Assembly: GCA_964602665.1 (NCBI GenBank)
Contig: CAZRRH010000001.1
Coordinates: 72,414-136,413, forward strand
Source: an uncultured Candidatus Saccharibacteria bacterium
Lineage (GTDB): Bacteria > Patescibacteriota > Dojkabacteria > SC72 > WJKH01
Reading direction: 5' to 3'
Length of the DNA: 64,000 bases
Shown one piece after another: positions 29,154 through 39,083 of this stretch (positions are counted from its first letter, which is position 1; every line of letters starts with the position of its first letter). Position numbers and translations under genes: made by a program. The notes under the pieces were generated by a model. That model did not search any database. It was not told the origin of the DNA and saw nothing but the letters and a program-made list of their open reading frames with translations.

Positions 29154-29882
29154 ATGTCAATAATCAAAATAGATGATTTTAAAACGGTTGATGAAAATAT
29201 TAAAACACTCCTAATTGATGGAGAAAAAATTATTAACAAATATGACCTGATATGTTTAGATACATTTCTTGCTAGCCGAGAATTAATACGAGTATATCTG
29301 ACTAGCAGGCAAATCATGCTTGTTAATTCCTCAACGATAGAGACTCTCCCGTTTGACTCTTTTGATATAGAATATGTTGGGGATCAGCCAAAATTTAATA
29401 AGATAAGTGACTTTTTGACTGGAGTTATAGACATCTTTTTTACACCAGAAAAGCTTCAAAGCTATAATGAGAAAAAAGCTTTGGGGACATTTTCAATTAC
29501 AAGAAAAAACAGAGTTCCGATGGATTATGTTTTGGTTAAATCAAGAAAAACGGCGGAAATTTATCAATCATGGGCTCTTTTTAGAATTATATATTTGTTA
29601 AAGAATGGTAGATATGGAGATGGCGAAGCATTAATATTAAATGAGATGATTACAGGAGATTTTGGTAAAATAGATATTAAATTTATAAGGAATTTTGGAA
29701 TTGCATTTGTCACATATGTATTGGCGAGGGTTGTAATTATGAGCGTTACAGATCTCCTTTGGATATTTACAATACTTGACTTTATTGCTTACTTTGGGGT
29801 AGTATATCTTGCTTACTGGGTATACAAAATACAGAAATCTAATAACGAAAGATTTAGCAAATATTTTGAGTCAACAAAGTAG
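29154..29882 (+). CDS. hypothetical protein with a C-terminal membrane anchor
   Basis: 242 aa with two hydrophobic helices near the C-terminus; no motif recognised. Confidence 0.35.
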   Translation: MSIIKIDDFKTVDENIKTLLIDGEKIINKYDLICLDTFLASRELIRVYLTSRQIMLVNSSTIETLPFDSFDIEYVGDQPKFNKISDFLTGVIDIFFTPEKLQSYNEKKALGTFSITRKNRVPMDYVLVKSRKTAEIYQSWALFRIIYLLKNGRYGDGEALILNEMITGDFGKIDIKFIRNFGIAFVTYVLARVVIMSVTDLLWIFTILDFIAYFGVVYLAYWVYKIQKSNNERFSKYFESTK

Positions 29883-29918
29883 TTACTTTTTGCATAGTTT
29901 TTCGTAATAAATAATCAT

Positions 29919-32900
29919 ATGAAATACAAAATTAATTATTCCTCAAAAAACAAGTATAATAGCAGGATTTATAACAAAAGAAATCCTTTTTCTGCCAGAA
30001 GTTTTAAAGTTAACAATATGCTTAATAAAAAGACTAGGTATGGTCAGCGAAAAAAAGGTCGACTAGATAAAAGTAAATTTCGCAAAAAATTCTCAAAGTT
30101 TATTAGCACAGTGATAGGTATTGGATTTTTCCTGTTTGTTATTTTCTTAATATGGGTGGGATCTTTTTTGCAAGAAGTTAATAATTCTTTGCCAGAACCG
30201 GGTAAATTAATAGAAAGGCGACAGGTTGAGAGTAGCATTATATATGATAGAAACGGAGAAGAGCTTTACAAGATAAACGACGGAAAACAGAATCGTATAT
30301 ATACAAAACTTGAGGATTATCCCCCACATTTAGTAGTTGCTGTTTTAGCAGCTGAAGATAAAGATTTTTACGAGCACAAAGGACTCGACTGGTTTGGTAT
30401 TATGAGATGCTCATATTTAAGCGCAAGATACTATGTGACCAAAAAAGGCTCTGTTTGTGGTGCTAGTACAATATCCCAGCAAATTGTAAGAAATACACTA
30501 ATGTTTGATGCTTTTGGCGATAAGGCCTATGACAGGTCGACTTTTCTATCAACGGCGGAAAGAAAAGTAAGAGAAATGCTTATGACAATGCAGGTAGAAA
30601 AGACGCTCTCAAAAGAGGAGTTGTTAGAGATGTATATGAATGAGGTTAATCTAGGAGGTATGAATTACGGATTTGAGGCGGGATCACAGGCAATTTTTGG
30701 TAAAAGCGCAAAAGAGTTGACAATTGAAGAGTCAGCTTTACTTGCAGGTATAATTAGAAGTCCAAGTGCATATAATCCAATAATTGGTTCTACTCCAGAG
30801 ATGGCAGTTGTAAATAAAGATAGAGTTTTAGACTTAATGCTAAAACATAAAGATAATTTTACTAAACATGTGGATCTTGGAGAATTAGAAATAACTTCTG
30901 AACTAATAGAAGAAGCTAAAACTAAAGAGATTGCATATAATCCTGGCAGAATGAACATAAAAGCACCTCATTTCGTTTTTTATGTCAAAGATGAACTGGT
31001 AAAAATGTACGATCTGGAGACAGTCGAAAGAGGCGGTCTTCGCATTTATACAACACTTGATTATGAAGCTCAAAAAATCGCAGAAGATACACTTAAACGA
31101 GGAATTGAGCAGAAAGGAAAAAGACACAATGTCAATAATGGGGCTATGGTGGCGATAAATCCACCAACAGGAGAGATTATAACTATGGTAGGATCTGTAG
31201 ATTACTGGAATACAACAGACAAGAGGGTTGATGGTAATGTCAATGTTACAACAGCACTTAGACAGATGGGCTCTTCTTTTAAGCCATTTACTTACCTTAC
31301 TGCGATAACGCAAGGCTATTCTACGGGAATGCCTGCTCACGATATCGAAGACTATAAATTTGGAGCTTATAGGCCAAGTAACTGGGATTACAGGTTTAAT
31401 GGACCTATGCTTATGAGAGAAGCTCTTGTAAAATCAAGAAATATTTCAGCGGTATCGGCAATTCAGCTTGTAGGAATAGATCAAACAATACAGGTCGCAG
31501 AAAGACTTGGTATAACAACTCTCACAGATAAGAGTAAATATGGACTCAGTTTGACGCTAGGTGCCGCAGAAGAGAAACTGCTTGAGCATACTTATGCTTT
31601 TTCCGTATTTGCTATGGAAGGGAGAAAGGCTCCTCTTACATCAATTCTAAAAGTTGAGGATTCAAGAGGCAAAGTTATATATGAAAAACCCGCAGTTGAG
31701 GCAGACAGAGTTTTTGATGAGAAAGAGATTTACTTGCTTAACTGGATAATGTGTGATGCAGGAGGCTTTGGAGATCAACTTGGAAATAGTGTGTTTATTA
31801 ATAAGGGTAAAAGATTTGCCTGTGGCAAGGGTGGTACGACAAATGGTCCAAAAGATTTAACTGGATTTATGTATCATAAAAATCTTGCTGTAGGTATTTG
31901 GGTAGGAAATAATAATAATGAGATTTTCCCTGGGGCTTTCTCTTCAACGGTTCCCCTTCCAATTGCAAGCGAATTTATGAAAAACTCAACAATTCTTGCT
32001 AAATACCCAAGTGCGCTTTTTAATCGTCCCGCGGGAGTGGTAACAGGTACAGCATGTAGAGATACTGGTCTTCTTGCTGCTCCAGAGAACCCATGTCCAA
32101 AAGATACAATTGTTTATATACAAGGAAAAGCGCCCGCTTATGATCCAAGAAAAGTCGTAACAGTTTGTAAATCAAATGGTTTAATTCCGACTAATCTTGA
32201 ACTTGCTCGAAAATATGATCTGACTGTTGATAGACAAGTTTTTGAGAATTTTACATTTGTGAGTCCAAATCAAGACGGCGCATTTAAAAGCTATTTTTCG
32301 AGAGATCCTTACAATTATCTTTTTGCGATGCCAGGGGCTGGGGAATGCGCATTGCCAGAAGGAGTGAGTAATCTTATAATAGAAATAACAAAGCCTAGTA
32401 ACGGATCAGCATATGATAGCGGTGGTAAGGTAAATTTTGAGTCATATGCACTTGCAACTGGTGGTGTAAATTATGTCGAATATAGATTTGGAGGAAGCGC
32501 AATAAGTAGCAGAATAAGTACGACTCCCTACTCTTTTGAATGGACAATTCCTGCCTCGTTATCAACGGGAACTTATACTGTAACAGCGAGAATGGTAAGT
32601 AATACCGGTGAACAGAAAGAAAGTACTGTATCACTTAACATTACAAATCCAACTCCGACTCCGGTTATAACAATAACAACACCTGCTAGTGGTACGTCTA
32701 AATCTATTGCAACAGGATTCCCTATAAATATAACGGCTAGTATGGCGCCTGCGTCGTCAACAATAACCGCTATGACATTTACAATAACTGGAACTGACCC
32801 TGCAAACAGTTCGTATACTAAGACGATTGTTGATAGTAATAGTGCTGATGGATGGTCTGTAAATTGGGCAAAAGATGTTTCAGTTGTTGTCGGCAATTAC

Positions 32901-32963
32901 AGAATAAGAGCGACAGCTTCAACAGCTACTGAATCGTCAGTTAACATTATACTAACAGAGTAA
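29919..32963 (+). CDS. class A penicillin-binding protein (PBP1A-type glycosyltransferase/transpeptidase) with a C-terminal Ig-like extension
   Basis: 1014 aa with an N-terminal TM. GT51 motifs EDKDFYEHKGLDWFGIMR and TISQQIVRN. Transpeptidase SxxK (SSFKPF), SxN (KSRN) and a KTG-like motif (KGGTT). The last ~250 aa are Thr/Ser-rich beta-sandwich-like repeats. The true start may be the internal Met at 30021. Confidence 0.8.
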   Translation: MKYKINYSSKNKYNSRIYNKRNPFSARSFKVNNMLNKKTRYGQRKKGRLDKSKFRKKFSKFISTVIGIGFFLFVIFLIWVGSFLQEVNNSLPEPGKLIERRQVESSIIYDRNGEELYKINDGKQNRIYTKLEDYPPHLVVAVLAAEDKDFYEHKGLDWFGIMRCSYLSARYYVTKKGSVCGASTISQQIVRNTLMFDAFGDKAYDRSTFLSTAERKVREMLMTMQVEKTLSKEELLEMYMNEVNLGGMNYGFEAGSQAIFGKSAKELTIEESALLAGIIRSPSAYNPIIGSTPEMAVVNKDRVLDLMLKHKDNFTKHVDLGELEITSELIEEAKTKEIAYNPGRMNIKAPHFVFYVKDELVKMYDLETVERGGLRIYTTLDYEAQKIAEDTLKRGIEQKGKRHNVNNGAMVAINPPTGEIITMVGSVDYWNTTDKRVDGNVNVTTALRQMGSSFKPFTYLTAITQGYSTGMPAHDIEDYKFGAYRPSNWDYRFNGPMLMREALVKSRNISAVSAIQLVGIDQTIQVAERLGITTLTDKSKYGLSLTLGAAEEKLLEHTYAFSVFAMEGRKAPLTSILKVEDSRGKVIYEKPAVEADRVFDEKEIYLLNWIMCDAGGFGDQLGNSVFINKGKRFACGKGGTTNGPKDLTGFMYHKNLAVGIWVGNNNNEIFPGAFSSTVPLPIASEFMKNSTILAKYPSALFNRPAGVVTGTACRDTGLLAAPENPCPKDTIVYIQGKAPAYDPRKVVTVCKSNGLIPTNLELARKYDLTVDRQVFENFTFVSPNQDGAFKSYFSRDPYNYLFAMPGAGECALPEGVSNLIIEITKPSNGSAYDSGGKVNFESYALATGGVNYVEYRFGGSAISSRISTTPYSFEWTIPASLSTGTYTVTARMVSNTGEQKESTVSLNITNPTPTPVITITTPASGTSKSIATGFPINITASMAPASSTITAMTFTITGTDPANSSYTKTIVDSNSADGWSVNWAKDVSVVVGNYRIRATASTATESSVNIILTE

Positions 32964-32967
32964 ATCA

Positions 32968-33963
32968 ATGAAAAAAGTCCTCGTTTTGACAATGTTTCTT
33001 TTTGTTTTGTTAGTGGCCTTTTTTTTAATTGCAAGGTCTGATTATAATAACAACCTTGATCAAGAAAAAATATTTGTTAGTCAAGAGATTAAATTTGAAG
33101 TAGCAACAGGTGAAAGTTCAAAGTCAGTAATAAACAGCTTATTGGACAAGGGTGTTTTGTCAAAAAAACAGTATTATTATTTTCTCGCTTATCTTAAATT
33201 AAATGACTTAAGCTCTACGATTCAAGCGGGTAAATATAATATTAATGGTAGCTATTCTATCAAGTCTCTTTTAGCTTTACTTCAAAATGGCAAAGGAGAG
33301 CAGGTCTGGATAACGATAATGGAAGGACTGCGCAAAGATGAAATAGCTCAAACGCTAGCAGACCAACTTAAAGATACAAAAGTAAGTTTTTCAAAAGAGG
33401 CGTTCTTGGAAGCGACGAACGACGCCGATTTTATAGCAACTTTAAACTTAGAGAACGGTGTAAGCGATCTTGAGGGATTTCTTTTTCCTGATACTTACTT
33501 AATACCCGCAGACTGCGATGAGAAGTATATAATAAAACTTCTAATTGATACTTTTAAGAGCAAAGTCGGCACAATAACATACGAGGAGCTAATAATTGCG
33601 AGTATGGTTGAGAGAGAGGGAAATAATGAAACAGATAGGCCTATCATAGCTGGCATAATAAAAAAAAGATTAGCTGAAAATTGGTTTCTTAATATTGATG
33701 CAACGCTTTTATACGCTAAGAAAGACTGGAAGTATATCTTGATAAATAAAGATCTTGCGGAGAATAATGAATATAATACATATGCAAATAAAGGCCTTCC
33801 CCCTACTCCGATTTGTAATCCATCTCTCGAATCAATAAATAGTACTAGAGTTGACAAAGAAACAGAATACTACTATTATATCCACGGCAATGATGGTGTG
33901 GCGTATTATGCAAAAACGCTTACAGAGCATAACAATAATATAACGAAATATCTTAAGAAATGA
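32968..33963 (+). CDS. mltG: endolytic murein transglycosylase MltG (YceG family)
   Basis: 331 aa with an N-terminal TM. YceG-like motifs (IIASMVEREGNNETDRPIIAGIIKKRL, LNIDATLLYA, YNTYANKGLPPTPICNPSLESI). Confidence 0.75.
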   Translation: MKKVLVLTMFLFVLLVAFFLIARSDYNNNLDQEKIFVSQEIKFEVATGESSKSVINSLLDKGVLSKKQYYYFLAYLKLNDLSSTIQAGKYNINGSYSIKSLLALLQNGKGEQVWITIMEGLRKDEIAQTLADQLKDTKVSFSKEAFLEATNDADFIATLNLENGVSDLEGFLFPDTYLIPADCDEKYIIKLLIDTFKSKVGTITYEELIIASMVEREGNNETDRPIIAGIIKKRLAENWFLNIDATLLYAKKDWKYILINKDLAENNEYNTYANKGLPPTPICNPSLESINSTRVDKETEYYYYIHGNDGVAYYAKTLTEHNNNITKYLKK

Positions 33964-35414
33964 CAAAGGTGAAATTAACAAAAATAGGTGTTCTTGTATT
34001 TTCCTTTCTTATTACATTTTCATTAATATTTTTGTTTTTCTTTGTCTCCAATAAGATGAAAGCAATGGGCTTATCTGTATCTTTGCCAGAAATGGTTAAA
34101 TTCACTATAGAGAACCGCAAAGCCTTGATAGGAGGGGAGGATTTACAAGAGAATGTTCCTGGACAAGAGCCAGAAGTAGAAAAAGTTAAAGAAATTCCAC
34201 AGCTGAAAAAAGATAGTACGGGTAAGTATACCAACTTTCTTATTGTCGGCTTTGACACAAGAGGAGAAAATAGTGGTCTTAGAAATACAGACAGTATAAT
34301 TGTCGCAAATTATAATCATGAAACAAACCACATTGTTTTAATTTCTATCCCAAGAGATGTTTATGGAGTGATAACTATCCCAAATAGTTCTTCTGTATAT
34401 TACAATAAAATAAACGCAGCATATTCGTATGGAGAAAACAGGCAGGCAGGACTAGGTATGGAGACTCTAAAACTTACAGTAGAAAAGACAATTGGGCAAG
34501 AAATTCAGTATACTGTCTCTATAAACTATGTTGCTTTTGAGGAGATAATAAACTTACTTGGCGGAGTCGAAGTAAATGTTGAAAATTCTTTTGTAGATTA
34601 TCATTATCCTGGACCAACAAGTTATATAACCGTAAGATTTGATCAGGGCTTACAGACTATGGATGGGGAAAAGGCGCTTCAATATGCAAGATCTCGTAAA
34701 TCAATGCAAAATGGTGAAGGTTCTGACTTTGCAAGAGCAAGAAGACAGCAAAGACTTATCGAGGCAGTAAAAAACAAGGCCTTGCAAACAGATTTGTTTA
34801 ATTCTCCGACTAAAATTGTGTCTTTACTTGATACGCTAAGTAAAAACATCTGGTTATCTGATTATACACTTGATGACTTAGAGGCGGCATTGGCATTGAA
34901 AGATAAAATTGCAGCGGCCGAAGTAAGTAACTTTGTACTTGATCCTACAATTGGAAACTACTCAATATTGACAACAGGTGTGGGCACAGGATATACAATA
35001 GGACCTAAAAAAGGAACCAAAAATTATTCTGATGTTCATGCGTTTGTTGCTAAAGCAATCCAGTATCCAGAGCTTTATAGTAATCCGCCTAAAATATATA
35101 CTTATGATACTGGTATAGGAGTAACAGAAGCAAAAGCTACCACTGAAAGATTAAAAGCTGAATTCCCGTTTATTGATATAAGGTATTGGGGCTTATTACA
35201 TGTAAATACTGATGGAATAGTTACTTTTAGAAATATCGAAGATTACAACGAAAACGCTTTTAATTATGTCGCAAAATTCCTTGGCGAAGATGTAGGGACA
35301 GTTCGTCCAGAAGGATTACCTGCTCTCAGAGGTGAACACATAGTTGTTTTAGTCGGTAAAAAAGCTGAAGTGGTACAGGAGACAAATTTAGAGAGTAGCA
35401 CACAAAGCGATTAA
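33960..35414 (+). CDS. LytR-CpsA-Psr (LCP) family protein
   Basis: 484 aa with an N-terminal TM. LCP core FLIVGFDTRGENSGLRNTDSIIVANYN...LISIPRDVY; long C-terminal extension. Confidence 0.75.
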   Translation: MTKVKLTKIGVLVFSFLITFSLIFLFFFVSNKMKAMGLSVSLPEMVKFTIENRKALIGGEDLQENVPGQEPEVEKVKEIPQLKKDSTGKYTNFLIVGFDTRGENSGLRNTDSIIVANYNHETNHIVLISIPRDVYGVITIPNSSSVYYNKINAAYSYGENRQAGLGMETLKLTVEKTIGQEIQYTVSINYVAFEEIINLLGGVEVNVENSFVDYHYPGPTSYITVRFDQGLQTMDGEKALQYARSRKSMQNGEGSDFARARRQQRLIEAVKNKALQTDLFNSPTKIVSLLDTLSKNIWLSDYTLDDLEAALALKDKIAAAEVSNFVLDPTIGNYSILTTGVGTGYTIGPKKGTKNYSDVHAFVAKAIQYPELYSNPPKIYTYDTGIGVTEAKATTERLKAEFPFIDIRYWGLLHVNTDGIVTFRNIEDYNENAFNYVAKFLGEDVGTVRPEGLPALRGEHIVVLVGKKAEVVQETNLESSTQSD

Positions 35415-35759
35415 ATAATCTAATATTGATTCATTTAATCGCTTCCCTTTCTTTGAAAAGTCGATAAGGGTAGAATTTTTTGGAGGATTTTGGACTGATT
35501 TGTCTGCGATAATTTTTGTTGCATTAATATTTGCTTGATCAACTAACAAAACAGCAATGTCTGCGAATTCAATAAAGGGAGAGCTTTTTGGATTGTTGGA
35601 GGCGGTTATTTCTGTGTTTGCTTTGCCACCTCTTGTTACTGCGTCATAATCTGAACGAATAGTAACAGATTTATACCCTTGCTTTACAAAAAACTTGCCT
35701 AATTGTTTTCCAAGCCAAATAACCCCCTGCCCTCCTTTTCCGTATACTTTTATTTTCAT
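35388..35759 (-). CDS. 2-oxoacid:ferredoxin oxidoreductase gamma subunit (short)
   Basis: 123 aa. KVYGKGGQGVIWLGKQLG matches the Por/Kor gamma GxGGQG motif. Confidence 0.55.
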   Translation of the reverse strand: MKIKVYGKGGQGVIWLGKQLGKFFVKQGYKSVTIRSDYDAVTRGGKANTEITASNNPKSSPFIEFADIAVLLVDQANINATKIIADKSVQNPPKNSTLIDFSKKGKRLNESILDYLIALCATL

Positions 35760-36421
35760 TTGTAATCAATTATTAATTTAGGTGGATCAGCCTTCATTTT
35801 GACAAGCATTGTCGCAGGAGAAGGTTCGCCCTGTAACCTTCCATAATTAGTATGACAAATTGAATATATTTCAACAAAGGAAAATCCTTCGTGATCAAGA
35901 GATTTCTTTACAGCATTTCTCATGTGAGCGCTGTCGATTATTGCAGTACTGGCATAAAAGTATCGATTATTTCCTTGAAGCATAGAGTGGACATTTATTG
36001 GCTGTATTAGATTGCCATCTTGTGTAGTTTTAGTTATTGCTCCTAATGGCGTAGTTGGGGCAAGCTGTCCCCCTGTCATACCATAAGTTTTGTTATGATT
36101 ACAAAACACATGAATCTGAGTATCGCGTCTAGCTGCGTGAATCAGATGTGAAACGCCAATTCCTAAAAGATCTCCGTCCCCTGAAATCACGACAACATTT
36201 AAACTTGGATTTGCAATTTTTATGCCTTGAGCAACCGGAATAGCTCTTCCGTGTGTTGTGTGTACTCCATCAAACTCAAAATATCCAGAAATTCTTCCTG
36301 TACACCCTATCCCTGATACTATCACAGTATTTTTGCGAGTCCAGCCTCTTGAGACAAATTCATCTTCAATGATCTTGTGTATCAAGTACAGTCCACATCC
36401 ATCGCACCAGACTTTCTCCAT
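35756..36421 (-). CDS. 2-oxoacid:ferredoxin oxidoreductase beta subunit (TPP-binding)
   Basis: 221 aa. WCDGCG..., GIGC, GDGD thiamine-pyrophosphate-binding motifs. Confidence 0.75.
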   Translation of the reverse strand: MEKVWCDGCGLYLIHKIIEDEFVSRGWTRKNTVIVSGIGCTGRISGYFEFDGVHTTHGRAIPVAQGIKIANPSLNVVVISGDGDLLGIGVSHLIHAARRDTQIHVFCNHNKTYGMTGGQLAPTTPLGAITKTTQDGNLIQPINVHSMLQGNNRYFYASTAIIDSAHMRNAVKKSLDHEGFSFVEIYSICHTNYGRLQGEPSPATMLVKMKADPPKLIIDYK

Positions 36422-36449
36422 TTTAAATGCGGTTTAAAATAAATTAAAT

Positions 36450-37472
36450 TCAGCTTTCAAAAATTTTAATAGTTGTGACATCACTAATTGATATATATTT
36501 TACATCAATTAAAAACTTCTCTCTAAGAGCTTTGCAATACTGACCATCGCTCATTTCCAAGACTGTTACTTTCGAGTAATTTTTAAGAACAGTCCCTATC
36601 GATTTAGGAATCGGGAAAATCTGTTTGGGCCTAAGAAGGGCGTATTTTTCACTGTTCTTATCAATAAATTCGTATAATGCCCTAGAGACACAGCCGTAGC
36701 TTATCAAAAGCTCTTTTGCTGATTTGTTACCGTATAGTTCGTAGGAATCTTTTATTTCGACGTTGTTAAATTTGTTAATTTTTGCGTTTATCCATTTGTC
36801 ATATACATCCCAATCTTTTGTTTTTGGCTCATTTGAGTCGCTTACAAGACCTGTAAATAATTTCTTATCACCGCTTGTTAGTGGTATAAAAGAGTTTAAT
36901 ATAGACGGTTTGACTGGTTTTATTTCTGTAAGCTCAATAAGGGAAGAAATAATTGCATCCATTAGAATAATTATTGGCGTTTTATATTTTTTTGCCAGTT
37001 CAAATGCTTGGATAGTTAACAAGTAGCACTCTTGTGAACTATTTGGGGCCAGTACGATTGATTTGTAGTCTCCATGAGTACCATATTGAGTCTGCAGAAG
37101 ATCACCTTGCCCTGGCATTGTTGGCATCCCAGTCGAAGGACCTCTTCGTTGAGAATTTATCACTACAAGGGGAATTTCATATACAAAAGCCAATCCTAAA
37201 CCCTCTTGCATTAGAGAAAATCCCGGGCCAGAAGTTGCTGTAAAAGCTAATTGTCCAGTTAATGCAGCGCCTATGCACATATGAATAGCAGTTATCTCAT
37301 CTTCTGCTTGAACAAAATGAAGTTTTTTAGAGCTAGATTGATCTGCAAATAATGACCACTCTTCCATTATTTCAGAAGATGGAGTTATTGGGTATCCGGC
37401 AAAAAATGTTGCTTTGGCTTGTAAAGCTCCTTGAACAACAGCGCTGTTCCCGCTTATTAGCTTTTTTGACAT
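36450..37472 (-). CDS. 2-oxoacid:ferredoxin oxidoreductase alpha subunit
   Basis: 340 aa with AGYPITPSSEIME N-terminal motif. Overall Por/KorA architecture. Confidence 0.75.
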   Translation of the reverse strand: MSKKLISGNSAVVQGALQAKATFFAGYPITPSSEIMEEWSLFADQSSSKKLHFVQAEDEITAIHMCIGAALTGQLAFTATSGPGFSLMQEGLGLAFVYEIPLVVINSQRRGPSTGMPTMPGQGDLLQTQYGTHGDYKSIVLAPNSSQECYLLTIQAFELAKKYKTPIIILMDAIISSLIELTEIKPVKPSILNSFIPLTSGDKKLFTGLVSDSNEPKTKDWDVYDKWINAKINKFNNVEIKDSYELYGNKSAKELLISYGCVSRALYEFIDKNSEKYALLRPKQIFPIPKSIGTVLKNYSKVTVLEMSDGQYCKALREKFLIDVKYISISDVTTIKIFES

Positions 37473-37542
37473 AATTTGTTAATTAAATAGTTGAAGTAAT
37501 TATAGGCTAGCGATCTTTTTTTTGCAAGGTTGTATGTATAAC

Positions 37543-37660
37543 CGGAGAGGACAGGATTCGAACCTGTGGTCCCGCCATTAGGAGTTTTGCTCTGCAAAAC
37601 TTTTAACGGCGGGACATCGCTTTTCGAGAGCGACGCATTTGACCACTCTGCCACCTCTCC
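37543..37660 (-). tRNA. tRNA-Ser (anticodon CGA) with an unusually long (~49 nt) branched variable arm
   Basis: Minus strand reads GGAGAGG-TG-GCA-GAGTGGTCAAA-TGC-G-TCGCT-CTCGAAA-AGCGA-[TGTCCCGCC GTTAAAAGTTTTGCAGAGCAAAACTCCTAAT GGCGGGACC]-ACAGG-TTCGAAT-CCTGT-CCTCTCC-G. 7-bp acceptor stem, U33, anticodon CGA, A37, T-loop TTCGAAT. CCA not encoded. Confidence 0.7.
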
Positions 37661-37669
37661 ATTTTTATC

Positions 37670-37697
37670 AATTTTAAATTCTAAATTTTAAATTCTA
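37670..37697. repeat. tandem duplication of the 14-mer attttaaattctaa in the AT-rich spacer next to tRNA-Ser
   Basis: attttaaattctaa x2 read directly. A related aattttaaatt motif recurs at 52191-52201. Confidence 0.4.
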
Positions 37698-37827
37698 AAT
37701 CAATAATAAATATCTTTTACTTTATTTTAAGAGAATTCAAAAGATAGAATTGATCTAATTATACCATAACTAAGCTGTAAATGAATATATTGCTATTTTC
37801 ATTTGCAGTTGCTATACTTGGATTAAA

Positions 37828-39081
37828 ATGATTTTGTTTAAAGACTTATTAAATAAAAACAAGCAGGGAAAAGACACAGAGGACACTAATTCGATTGCTT
37901 TAGACATTGGCACTGAATACCTAAAAGCCGTGCTGTTCTCAAATAAAAAAGATGAGCTTACTGTTAAAAAGTTATCTCGCATCCAGCAACAACAAAAAGC
38001 AATGAACAAAGGGATGATAATAAACCTCTCTACGGTCTTGGAAAACTGTAATTTGGCAATAAAAGAGCTTGTTGATGGCTTACCAGAAGACCAAATGCCA
38101 AAAAACATTGTAATGGGAATGGCGGGAGAATATATACAAGGCGCATCTGTTATTGTCAATTATGATCGTGAAAAAGAAGGCGCTGAAGCTATAACGGAGA
38201 AGGAACAAGAAAGAATTGTGACTCAGATAAGAGACCAGATAATTCAAACGGGTAAGCAAGACTTGTCAAAAAGGATTGGAGCAAGTGTAAATGATATTGA
38301 GGTATTGCATGTGACTATAACCGGAGTAGAAATAGGTGGTCTACAAGTAGATTCGCTTGTTGGTTTTACGGGTCATAGCGTCAAGCTATATTTTTACGCT
38401 TCATTTGCACCAAAAACTTTTGTCGATTCACTAAAAACGCTCGCCAATTCACTAAATTACAGTTTAAAAGCTGTGGTAGCACAGCCTTTTGCAGTTGCGA
38501 GGGCGTATATTGGCGCAAGAAACAAAGGTTTTTCAGGGATATTTATTGATGTGGGAGGAGGTACTACAGATATTGCTGTTGTAATAAACGGAAATGTTAT
38601 TGACACATCGATGTTTGCTTTTGGTGGGCGCGTATGGACAAAAGAGATCGCTTTAAATATGAATTTAGATTATAGATATGCAGAAAACCGCAAAATTAAA
38701 TACTCCGATAAGCTGCTTGATAGAGATTTGACACAAAAAGTCAAAAAAATAACATGGGGTATATCACAGTTATGGATGGAGTCACTCGCATCGGCATTAG
38801 AATTAACTGAGGATGTTGATCTTTTTCCCTCACAGATATACTTATGTGGAGGAGGAGCTCTTCTTCCTGACATAAAAAATATAATGCTTGAGTATCCTTG
38901 GACTAAATTGCTAAAATTTAACTCTGTGCCACAAATAAACTTGTTTTTGCCGAACAGACTAGAGGGAGTAATTGACCAAACAGGTGTTGCGACGAACTCT
39001 TTTGATATAACCCCTATCTCGCTTGCAAAATTCCTTGGAGACAAAGAGTTTAATCCATCAAACTATTTTAGTACAATATAA
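37828..39081 (+). CDS. FtsA/actin-like ATPase (FtsA- or PilM-type)
   Basis: 417 aa. Phosphate-1 LDIGTEYLKAV, adenosine motif FIDVGGGTTDIAVV, LCGGGALLP. Length fits FtsA better than PilM. The track start overlaps a spurious antisense ORF. Confidence 0.55.
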   Translation: MILFKDLLNKNKQGKDTEDTNSIALDIGTEYLKAVLFSNKKDELTVKKLSRIQQQQKAMNKGMIINLSTVLENCNLAIKELVDGLPEDQMPKNIVMGMAGEYIQGASVIVNYDREKEGAEAITEKEQERIVTQIRDQIIQTGKQDLSKRIGASVNDIEVLHVTITGVEIGGLQVDSLVGFTGHSVKLYFYASFAPKTFVDSLKTLANSLNYSLKAVVAQPFAVARAYIGARNKGFSGIFIDVGGGTTDIAVVINGNVIDTSMFAFGGRVWTKEIALNMNLDYRYAENRKIKYSDKLLDRDLTQKVKKITWGISQLWMESLASALELTEDVDLFPSQIYLCGGGALLPDIKNIMLEYPWTKLLKFNSVPQINLFLPNRLEGVIDQTGVATNSFDITPISLAKFLGDKEFNPSNYFSTI

Positions 39082-39083
39082 TA

